Part shown: one piece after another, positions 46,073-53,361 of the stretch
Position numbering within the stretch: the first letter of the stretch is position 1
Layout: each line of letters starts with the position of its first letter
DNA from: an uncultured Anaerolineaceae bacterium
GTDB lineage: Bacteria; Chloroflexota; Anaerolineae; Anaerolineales; UBA11579
Assembly (NCBI GenBank): GCA_964371335.1
Contig: CAYJMC010000005.1
Span: 3,418 to 67,417 of the forward strand
Direction: 5' to 3'
DNA: 64,000 nucleotides
Position numbers and translations under genes: made by a program
The notes under the pieces: model-generated
What the model saw: the letters and a program-made list of their open reading frames with translations, nothing else
Database searches by the model: none
What the model was told of the DNA's origin: nothing

Positions 46073-46939
46073 ATGTTAGCCGAGAGAAGTTCACTTTTTG
46101 GTGTCTACCAGAAAATCGAACGAGCCAAGAAGCACATCAACGAATTGAACAGCATTATCGAGCGCTTCCGAAAAGGCAATCCTGTTACCCTGGGGTTACA
46201 TAGCAAGAAGATAATGAGAAAGAACACCGAATACACATTTGAAATCTTAACCCTTCGTGAACCTCCACCGCGAACCGCACTTATTCTAGGCGATGCTCTC
46301 CATAATCTAAGATCTGCGCTTAACTATCTTGCATATGAACTTTGTCTAATCCAGGGTAAGAATTTAAAAAATGTTAAGTTTCCGATCGCTCACAGCGCCA
46401 AAGACTTTTCAAGTACGATTGAAAATGCACGCGTAAACACCTTGAGTAATGATCTAATAGATAAGATCGAAAGTGTACAACCCTACCAAAGAGGTTTCGA
46501 ACCCCTTTCGGACCTAAACATCCTTAACAACCGTGATAAGCATAGAACCCTTGTAATAACACCTGTTTGCGGAGAAATAATGGTGGCAACAGCTATCGCA
46601 AACATGCCTAAAACCTTTACGGACTTCCTGGATTTCGATTTTTCTAAACCGCTTTCCCAGTCCTTCAAAATTAAATTTGCGCGTAAGAAAGTCGCTATGT
46701 CAGGCACGCCAAGGACAACCTTCAAATTACTTCAACCATTCCCTCTTAAAAAAGGCGACAAACTTCCGGCAATAAAATTTATGAGTCATCTTGAATTCGA
46801 TAAACAACCGTTTGTTATTTATGACCTAGGAGTACAGAGGTTTCAATCCGGAGATTTCATTCAATTAGGCCTTGGGATGCTAGACATATTAGTTACGGTA
46901 AGACAGGTCGTAAGGAAATTCGAGAAGTGTTTCAAGTAA
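46073..46939 (+). CDS. Hypothetical protein (288 aa) in AT-rich island, no family recognised
   Basis: ATG 46073 preferred over the TTG 46001 ORF start. Motifs LGDALHNLRSALNYLAYEL and LNILNNRDKHRTL noted. AT-rich relative to flanks. Confidence 0.6.
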   Translation: MLAERSSLFGVYQKIERAKKHINELNSIIERFRKGNPVTLGLHSKKIMRKNTEYTFEILTLREPPPRTALILGDALHNLRSALNYLAYELCLIQGKNLKNVKFPIAHSAKDFSSTIENARVNTLSNDLIDKIESVQPYQRGFEPLSDLNILNNRDKHRTLVITPVCGEIMVATAIANMPKTFTDFLDFDFSKPLSQSFKIKFARKKVAMSGTPRTTFKLLQPFPLKKGDKLPAIKFMSHLEFDKQPFVIYDLGVQRFQSGDFIQLGLGMLDILVTVRQVVRKFEKCFK

Positions 46940-46998
46940 GAGTCCGGGGGTGATAACAGCCCAGACAGTTGCTCGAGGCCGACAAATGCATAACAGCT

Positions 46999-47014
46999 AA
47001 AGTATTATTATCGC
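46999..47014 (+). repeat. 16-nt direct repeat AAAGTATTATTATCGC, copy 2
   Basis: Identical to 45970-45985. It lies 20 nt upstream of ATG 47034, with GAGGTG in between. Confidence 0.8.
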
Positions 47015-47033
47015 CCTGGCATGAGGTGCAATA

Positions 47034-47285
47034 ATGGATAAATTCTTCGACCATCTATACAGCAAGTTTTTGTTGAGAGATCTATTGGGAAAGGCATTAC
47101 CCGGCCTACTGTTATTAATCGGCATGTTTTCGGTCTTTTGGCCGCGTACAATTTGGCGGGTCCTGTTCAAAAGAAGGGCAAACCTGTTCCCATATATGCT
47201 GCTCTATGGAGCCAGCTTTGCATTAGGCGGGTTAGCGCGATCGGTAAACCCATGGCGCTTCCTGTGGAAGCGTTGGCGTATCTAA
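47034..47285 (+). CDS. Small membrane protein (83 aa), two predicted TM segments
   Basis: Hydrophobic stretches ALPGLLLLIGMFSVFW and FPYMLLYGASFALGGLA. RBS GAGGTG upstream. Second gene of the AT-rich island. Confidence 0.5.
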   Translation: MDKFFDHLYSKFLLRDLLGKALPGLLLLIGMFSVFWPRTIWRVLFKRRANLFPYMLLYGASFALGGLARSVNPWRFLWKRWRI

Positions 47286-47291
47286 AGGCGA

Positions 47292-47353
47292 CCCCATCCC
47301 CTACCCATCCCTGCGTTGAAAAAGCACAACGCGAGAAAGGGTAAGGGCGGTGG
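47292..47353. terminator. C-tract/G-tract imperfect hairpin between convergent genes
   Basis: CCCCATCCCCTACCCATCCCTGCGTTG - loop AAAAAGCA - CAACGCGAGAAAGGGTAAGGGCGGTGG, with core stem GCGTTG/CAACGC. The minus strand of the left arm is a strong G4-type motif (GGGATGGGTAGGGGATGGGG). Confidence 0.55.
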
Positions 47354-47395
47354 CCACTTAGAGATGGAGAGACAAAAGTAAGGGGGTGATGTTGT

Positions 47396-47806
47396 CTACT
47401 GAACCGTGAACTCCAGCGAACGGTCCAGCTTGTCGTTCAGGTAGAGGTCGACGCGGTAAGAACCGAGCGGCCAGAGCATATTGGGGGCGTTCTGCAGGTC
47501 GAAGGTCAGGCGGCCATCGGTGCTGGTGATGCTGACCTCGTCGATGAGGAAATTCGGTTCTATGTCCTGGGCATTGACGGCGTACCAGGAGGCTTTGACG
47601 GTGGTGTCGTCGGGGGCGTTGGCCAGGTCCACGATGGCGTAGAAGATGGCGTCCTGCGAGTAGGTGGTGGTGCGGGTGTTGCCATCGGGGTCGGCGGCCA
47701 TGAAGGCGTCGGCGATGTTGGCCGTGCTGAAGCTGAATTCGCAGGCCGCCACCAGCAGGCTCAGGGCGGCGAATGCGGCAATCAAGATAAGCGTTCTCTT
47801 GTTCAT
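47396..47806 (-). CDS. Small lipoprotein, paralogue A (136 aa)
   Basis: Lipobox LVAAC. The mature sequence begins CEFSFSTANIADA, shared with the 52848..53252 protein. Confidence 0.8.
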   Translation of the reverse strand: MNKRTLILIAAFAALSLLVAACEFSFSTANIADAFMAADPDGNTRTTTYSQDAIFYAIVDLANAPDDTTVKASWYAVNAQDIEPNFLIDEVSITSTDGRLTFDLQNAPNMLWPLGSYRVDLYLNDKLDRSLEFTVQ

Positions 47807-47936
47807 GATCTCTCCTCGGGGGAAAATATGGATAGGGGAAGTTTAGTTCAAAATCGGAGAGACGCAAGGTCAGTGATTGGCAGGATCAAGATTGGTGAAT
47901 TTTCACCTATAATTCATGAGATTCGCCGGAGGTCTT

Positions 47937-48206
47937 ATGGCAAAGTTTCTGATCGAAGTTCCGCATGGTTCGTCAAAGGAAGTGTGCGAGCGGACGGTAG
48001 ATATTTTTATGAAGACCGGGTCGCACTTTCTAACCAATGCGGACTGGGGCTGCTCGGACGATGTCCACAAAGCCTGGATCATCGTGGAACTGGACAGCAA
48101 GCAGGAAGCGATCAGCATCCTGCCGCCCGCCTTCCGCAAGGATGCTACCGTCGTCCAACTGGAAAATTTTTCATCCGCCGTCGCCGCCGTCGAAAAACAC
48201 GACTGA
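47937..48206 (+). CDS. Small conserved hypothetical protein (89 aa)
   Basis: ATG 47937 after GGAGG. N-terminus MAKFLIEVPHGSSKEVC and ADWGC motif. Family not named. Confidence 0.55.
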   Translation: MAKFLIEVPHGSSKEVCERTVDIFMKTGSHFLTNADWGCSDDVHKAWIIVELDSKQEAISILPPAFRKDATVVQLENFSSAVAAVEKHD

Positions 48207-48234
48207 AGCGGATACTGTCTAAGTGGGGCTAAGG

Positions 48235-49353
48235 ATGGCGGCACAAGCACCAGAATACGACGCGATCATTGTGGGCGCCCGGGTGGCCGGGTCCCTGCTG
48301 GCCAGTTTGCTGGGCGAACGCGGACACAAAATTCTTCTGCTGGATCGCGCCAAATTCCCCAGCGACACCCTCTCCACCCACTTCTTCAGGGCGCCCGCTT
48401 TGCGCGCTTTCCAGGCGGCAGGCGTGCTGGACCAGGTGTTGGCGGTTGCCCCGCGCCTCACAGTAAATTACAACGCCATCGATGGCATCGTTTTTCCTGA
48501 ACCCGTCGATGGTCCGCAGGATTTCCCCTTTTACCTCTGCGTTCGCCGCATCACCTTGGATGACATCCTGGTGCGCCGCGCCAAAACCTTTGCCAGCGTG
48601 GAAATGAAAGAAGGGGCGGTCGTCCAGGAGCTCCTAAGAGAAAACGGCCGGGTAAGCGGCGTAAGCTGGAAAGGTGACGAAGGCCAGCACCAGGCAAGCA
48701 GCCGAGTGGTTGTTGGGGCTGACGGCCTGCATTCGTTTGTCGCCAAACAGGCGGGGGCGAAAGTGGAACGCGAAGAGCCGGTCAACCGGGCGATGTATTA
48801 CGCCTACTACAAAGACTTGCCGCCCAACGAAGGACCTGCGGCCGAGTTTCATTTCAACGGGAATTATCTAGTGTATGTGTTCCCCACCGATGAAAACCTG
48901 ACCCTAGTAGCGGCCACGGTGCCGATCGCGGATTTTGCAGAATTCAAGCGCGACCCTGAGACCCACCTTGAAAGAGAACTTCAAAAAATGGTTGCGCTGA
49001 AAGACCGCCTAAAGATCGCCACGCGGGTTGGCCCGGTGCGTGGCACCGGCAGCATCCCGGGGAGATTGCGCATCCCGTACGGCGAAGGTTGGGCGCTGGC
49101 AGGTGACGCCGGCATGGTGATCGATCCCTGGTCTGGCCAGGGCATCGACCAGGGCGCGACCGGCGCGACCTATTTGGCAAACGAACTGGATGAATATCTA
49201 TCGGGGAGAAAAGATTGGGACGCAGCCATGCAAAGCTATCACCGGCAGCGCAACGCGTTCAGTTTGAAGACCTACGAAAACACCTGCAAGTACAGCCGGG
49301 ACCTGCGACCCATGACGCGCGCCGCGCTAGCGCGCCGCAATTTGCTTAAATAG
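48235..49353 (+). CDS. FAD-dependent oxidoreductase (geranylgeranyl-reductase / aromatic-ring monooxygenase-like)
   Basis: YDAIIVGARVAGSLLASLLGERGHKILLLDR dinucleotide fold, and a GD motif region LAGDAGMVIDPWSGQG. Confidence 0.82.
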   Translation: MAAQAPEYDAIIVGARVAGSLLASLLGERGHKILLLDRAKFPSDTLSTHFFRAPALRAFQAAGVLDQVLAVAPRLTVNYNAIDGIVFPEPVDGPQDFPFYLCVRRITLDDILVRRAKTFASVEMKEGAVVQELLRENGRVSGVSWKGDEGQHQASSRVVVGADGLHSFVAKQAGAKVEREEPVNRAMYYAYYKDLPPNEGPAAEFHFNGNYLVYVFPTDENLTLVAATVPIADFAEFKRDPETHLERELQKMVALKDRLKIATRVGPVRGTGSIPGRLRIPYGEGWALAGDAGMVIDPWSGQGIDQGATGATYLANELDEYLSGRKDWDAAMQSYHRQRNAFSLKTYENTCKYSRDLRPMTRAALARRNLLK

Positions 49354-49409
49354 CAGCGACCGCTGCATACAGGGGGGAAACCGTGATATGCAGTGATGCG
49401 AAAATTCTT

Positions 49410-50750
49410 TTAATTCTTCGACCCAAAGCCCAGCAAAACCGCCGCCGCGCCCAAGGCAGAAAGCGCCGAGGCGGAAAGGATGCCCAGCTTGGCGGCCAGG
49501 ACGAGCGCGGGATCGGCAAAGGCCAGATCGGTGATGAACAGCGACATGGTGAAGCCGATGCCGCCAAGCCAGGCGGCGCCGTAGATGTGGCGCCAGCGCA
49601 AGCCGCGCGGCCGCGAGACCAGGCCTAGGCGAGAGAAGAACCACGAGAAGAGGGTGATGCCCAGTTGCTTGCCCAGCGCCAGGCCGGCTACCACTCCCAG
49701 GCCGATCGGGGTGAGCAGAGCGGCGCCTTGCCCGCCAATAAGGCCTACGCCGGCGTTAGCCAGGGCGAATATGGGCATGATGGCATAAGCCACCCAGGGG
49801 TGCAAACCATGCTCCAGGCGCTGGAGGGGCGAACCCACCTTTTCGGCGGCCTCTTCGAGTTCGCGCACCGCGGCGCGCTGCTGGCTATTGGTGAGGATAT
49901 TTAATTCGGAGCCACCTGAGTCTTCGAAAGTTTTCAGGTAGGCATAACTGCGTTTGAGGAAACTCTTGCGATCGATGCGCGGGTTGGCCGGAATGGCAGC
50001 CGCCACCAGAACCCCGGCGATGGTGGCGTGCACACCCGAATGCAGGAAAGCCAGCCAGACCGCCCCGCCCAGCAGGGCATAGGGCAGCAGATTGCGCACC
50101 GAAAGCCAGTTGAGCAGGAACAGCGCCGCCAGTGCCAGCCCGGCGACCAGCAAGCTGAGCCAGACGATGTCGTGGCTATAGAAGATGGCGATCACCAGCA
50201 CCGCGCCGATGTCGTCCACAATGGCGACGGCGGTGAGGAAGACCTTCAACGCGAAGGGCGCGCGCTTGCCCAGCAGCGAAAGTACGCCGAGAGCAAAGGC
50301 GATATCGGTGGCCATAGGGATAGCCCACCCATTTTCGCCGGGGCCGCCCAGGTTGAAGGCAATGTACAGGATGGCCGGCACCACCATGCCGCCAAGGGCG
50401 GCCACGATGGGAAACAGGGCCTGGCGCGGTTTGGAGAGTTCGCCCACCAGGATCTCGCGCTTGATCTCCAGTCCGACGACAAAAAAGAAGATCGCCATCA
50501 GGCCGTCGTTGATCCAGTGAAACAGATCTTTAGAGAGAGTCCAGGGGCCGATGCCGACGGAGAAGGGAGTGGACCACAAGGCTTCGTAGGAATCTGCCCA
50601 GGGCGAGTTGGCCCAGGCGAGGGCAACCGCGGTGGCCAGCAGCAACAGGATTCCGCCGCCTCCCTCTTCGCGGATAAATTCCTGGAGGCTGGAGAGCAGG
50701 TTGATACGCGGTGCGCGGCGCGGGTGAAGGATGGCAAACAGTTTCTTCAT
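49410..50750 (-). CDS. nhaA: Na+/H+ antiporter NhaA
   Basis: NhaA-type TM layout with the conserved Asp pair in AIVDDIGAV. ATG 50750 follows AAGGAAG; the ORF is open to 50765. Confidence 0.9.
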   Translation of the reverse strand: MKKLFAILHPRRAPRINLLSSLQEFIREEGGGGILLLLATAVALAWANSPWADSYEALWSTPFSVGIGPWTLSKDLFHWINDGLMAIFFFVVGLEIKREILVGELSKPRQALFPIVAALGGMVVPAILYIAFNLGGPGENGWAIPMATDIAFALGVLSLLGKRAPFALKVFLTAVAIVDDIGAVLVIAIFYSHDIVWLSLLVAGLALAALFLLNWLSVRNLLPYALLGGAVWLAFLHSGVHATIAGVLVAAAIPANPRIDRKSFLKRSYAYLKTFEDSGGSELNILTNSQQRAAVRELEEAAEKVGSPLQRLEHGLHPWVAYAIMPIFALANAGVGLIGGQGAALLTPIGLGVVAGLALGKQLGITLFSWFFSRLGLVSRPRGLRWRHIYGAAWLGGIGFTMSLFITDLAFADPALVLAAKLGILSASALSALGAAAVLLGFGSKN

Positions 50751-50901
50751 TTGTCTTCCTTTCAATTGTTCCGTTGGCGCGATACAGTGAAAAAGTGAGG
50801 GCTTTCTTTCCCGATAAGAATGCCCGTTGAGTTATAGATATTGTATTAGATAATTTTCCGTCCGCGCGCATCAGCAGCAGACTCGATTTCCGTGCCGAAT
50901 C

Positions 50902-50933
50902 GAAGGCGCCCTCCAAAAAAGGAGGGCGTCTTC
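50902..50933. terminator. Hairpin GAAGGCGCCCTCC-AAAAAA-GGAGGGCGTCTTC (second copy of the 45612 element)
   Basis: 13-bp stem with one G:T pair. It shares the GGAGGGCGTCTTC arm with 45630-45641. Confidence 0.5.
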
Positions 50934-50970
50934 ACAGGGAGGAGTAGGATGAAGCGTAAACAGTTTCCTG

Positions 50971-51192
50971 CTAGAGCGTTTCGGCGTCAACGTTATCCAC
51001 GCGGTCCACGTTGAGCAAGGGGATGCCTAGATCGCGCAACTTGGCCAGCAGCCCGTACAACGCCGCCTGGTCTGGCAAAGGCCCCTGCAGTTCGGTAGTG
51101 CCGTCCGGGCGATGTCGGAGCGTCAACGGCCCCAGCCAGTCCGCCCAGGCGCCATCGAGATGCCCCTGCAAGTGGATGCGGTAAATGTGCAT
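50971..51192 (-). CDS. Small hypothetical protein (73 aa)
   Basis: ORF with pattern ...TELQGPLPDQAALYGLLAKLRDLGIPLL... seen in small proteins of high-GC Gram-positives and Chloroflexi as I recall. Function unknown. Confidence 0.5.
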   Translation of the reverse strand: MHIYRIHLQGHLDGAWADWLGPLTLRHRPDGTTELQGPLPDQAALYGLLAKLRDLGIPLLNVDRVDNVDAETL

Positions 51193-51226
51193 GGCGCATG
51201 ATCGGGTCGGATAGGATCTGCCGGCG

Positions 51227-51661
51227 TCATGAATCTTGAAGGGGCTGCGACTCTTGGATAATCGGCGTGTTCTGGAACGCGGCGACCTTCCAGCCGCCCG
51301 CCAGCTTGGTCATCACGAACAGGGGCAGCGTGCCGTGGCTCTGCTGCGATCCGTCGGCCTGGGTGAGGTGTGCGGTGCAGTGCACCACGGCGACATCCCT
51401 GCCCAGGAAACGCACAGATCTCACCGCGAGGTGATTGGTGGTGCCGCGATACATCGTGTCGAAAATACGCTGGTGTCCTTCGGCGATCGCCGCGCGGCCT
51501 TTCACTGTGATGCCGTTCCAAACAACGTAATCGGCATCGTCGAGGAAAGGAGCGGCATAGCCATTTCCGTCTCCGCGGTTCCATGCCAACCGCACCTGGT
51601 CGACGACCTCGCGGATCTGCTCTTCATCGGTCTTGATCATGGTGGCTTGAGTCATATTCAT
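51227..51661 (-). CDS. SgcJ/EcaC-family (SnoaL-like, DUF4440) protein
   Basis: Pattern EEQIREVV...AWNRGDG..YA..F..DADYV and GGWKVAAFQNT. ATG 51661 preferred. Confidence 0.75.
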   Translation of the reverse strand: MNMTQATMIKTDEEQIREVVDQVRLAWNRGDGNGYAAPFLDDADYVVWNGITVKGRAAIAEGHQRIFDTMYRGTTNHLAVRSVRFLGRDVAVVHCTAHLTQADGSQQSHGTLPLFVMTKLAGGWKVAAFQNTPIIQESQPLQDS

Positions 51662-51730
51662 TGGAATTCTCTTTCGATTGGAGTAAGGCGAGCCGGCCAA
51701 GAGCCGGCTCGGCAGTGGGTTGATCTCGAT

Positions 51731-52660
51731 TTACTCAGCGGGGACGGCGAATTGATTCACCATGCCCAACATGAAATGCGGCATGCCTTCGTTCACAAAG
51801 GACGGGAAGAAGCAAATCAGGCCGTAATTCACACCGGCTTCCAGGTCGAGGGTGACGTAAGCCACCTCACCAACGGAAAGTGCAGCCAGGCCGGCGGCGC
51901 CGCGTCCGGGCGGAGGCCCAGGAGGCGCGTCGGGGGACGTCGCGGCCAGGAAATCTTGCACGCTGGCGCCTTCATCCAGGCGGATCACAGCCATCTCGTG
52001 CGGTTCCACCGGGCCGCTGTTCATCACCTGGATGGTGATCTGGCCGGCATGGATGGCTTCTGGATCCAGCACGAAACTGTAGTCGGCCATGTCGATCATC
52101 AGGTCGGCCTGAGGCTCGGCAGCGCCGTTATCCTCTTCGGCTACCGAGAACGGCAGCAGGAAACCCTTGGCCAGGGCGGGGACGCCGGTTTCATCCGGCT
52201 CCGGATCGAGGATGACGTAATCGCCGGGCAACAGATGAAGCACCACACTGCCGGAGGCACCAGGCATCACGCCGGCAGGGCCGCCCATGGCGGTGAGGAA
52301 ACGCGGGATGCCGGGCTCGCCGGATTGCAGAGCGGCGGCCAAGTCATCCACGGTCTTGCCTTCTTCAAAACGGAAGATGGCAGCCTGGCGGCGAGCCTCG
52401 CCTTGGTTGGTAAGCGAAACCTCCACCCAACCGGAGGCAACCGACCGGGAGGCCTCGTAGCCCGCAGCGGTGGCGGTGATGGCCAGCGAAGTTGGGAGCT
52501 CGGCAGCCGTTTCGGCGGTGGGCTCCGTCTCTTCGGTGGCAGGCGCCTGAGTGGGAGCAACTTCCTCCTCCGTGGGCGCGATGGTTGCCGCAGCGGGCGC
52601 GCCACAGGCGGAGAGCAGCAGCGAGGCAACCAAAAGGACGAACAAACTACTCTTTTTCAT
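51731..52660 (-). CDS. Lipoprotein with tandem cupredoxin-like repeats (C-terminal repeat keeps His/Cys/His/Met ligand-like residues)
   Basis: Lipobox LLSAC. C-terminal GVNYGLICFFPSFVNEGMPHFMLGMVNQFAV resembles the cupredoxin copper-site tail. The first repeat lacks the Cys. Confidence 0.55.
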   Translation of the reverse strand: MKKSSLFVLLVASLLLSACGAPAAATIAPTEEEVAPTQAPATEETEPTAETAAELPTSLAITATAAGYEASRSVASGWVEVSLTNQGEARRQAAIFRFEEGKTVDDLAAALQSGEPGIPRFLTAMGGPAGVMPGASGSVVLHLLPGDYVILDPEPDETGVPALAKGFLLPFSVAEEDNGAAEPQADLMIDMADYSFVLDPEAIHAGQITIQVMNSGPVEPHEMAVIRLDEGASVQDFLAATSPDAPPGPPPGRGAAGLAALSVGEVAYVTLDLEAGVNYGLICFFPSFVNEGMPHFMLGMVNQFAVPAE

Positions 52661-52847
52661 TTCTTCACTCCTAAAAGTTTGATTTTTGCGAAGTCCGCAT
52701 TGGCAACAGATTATTTGTTTTCAGACGAAATTCCATTGGCCCTAAGGACAATTTCAAAGGCAAGGGAAGGACAATCTTGCAGGAGGCCTGGGAATGAAAA
52801 GCCCGCAGCGCGTGCTGCGGGCTTTCCAAACCTGTTTCGATCGTCGC

Positions 52848-53252
52848 TTATCGGACCTGGAATTCTAGGGAGGTGCTGAGTTCATCGTTCAGATACAGAT
52901 CGACGCGGTACGAACCAATGGGCCAAACAAAACCAGCCTCGTTCTGCAGATTGAAGGTGAGCTGTGCGTCGCCGCCGGTTATCGTGGCCTCGTCAATGAG
53001 GAAATTGGGCTCCGCGCCTTCAGCGTTCACCGCAATCCAGGAAGCCTTTACCACGGTGTCGCTAGGTGCGTTGGCAAGATCCACGATGGCGTAGAAGGTA
53101 GCGTCTGGGCTATAGCTGGTGACGCGCTGGGCTCCATCGGGGTCGGCAACCATGTACGCGTCGGCGATGTTGGCGGTGCTGAAACTGAATTCGCACGCCG
53201 CCATCGAAAGGGCCAAGGCTGCTAGGATGATCACAAAAGCAATTTTCTTCAT
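52848..53252 (-). CDS. Small lipoprotein, paralogue B (134 aa)
   Basis: Lipobox SMAAC. About two-thirds identical to the 47396..47806 product over the mature region by manual alignment. Confidence 0.8.
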   Translation of the reverse strand: MKKIAFVIILAALALSMAACEFSFSTANIADAYMVADPDGAQRVTSYSPDATFYAIVDLANAPSDTVVKASWIAVNAEGAEPNFLIDEATITGGDAQLTFNLQNEAGFVWPIGSYRVDLYLNDELSTSLEFQVR

Positions 53253-53361
53253 TTCTTCTCCTTTAGTTTAGGTTTGGCGTTAGGAGAATAAATGAATGGC
53301 GTGACAAACACATTGTCCTAAAGACCAATCTTTGGAAGATGGATGAACGCGAGATGTTGGG

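Noticed and set aside
47358-47867. 169-aa alternative-frame ORF overlapping the small lipoprotein gene
   Set aside because: The lipoprotein frame has a signal peptide, a lipobox and a close paralogue at 52848..53252. The alternative frame is His/Arg/Pro-rich with no support.
51236-52879. 547-aa plus-strand ORF, one of several very long ORFs (also 19832..20842, 39511..40455, 44306..45229, 50028..50798, 56310..57323, 58858..59988, 61199..62140)
   Set aside because: Each lies antisense to, or out of frame with, a gene that has clear family motifs. Their translations are Arg/Gly/His/Ala-rich low-complexity strings typical of shadow ORFs in high-GC DNA, and none has a recognisable motif or ribosome-binding site.
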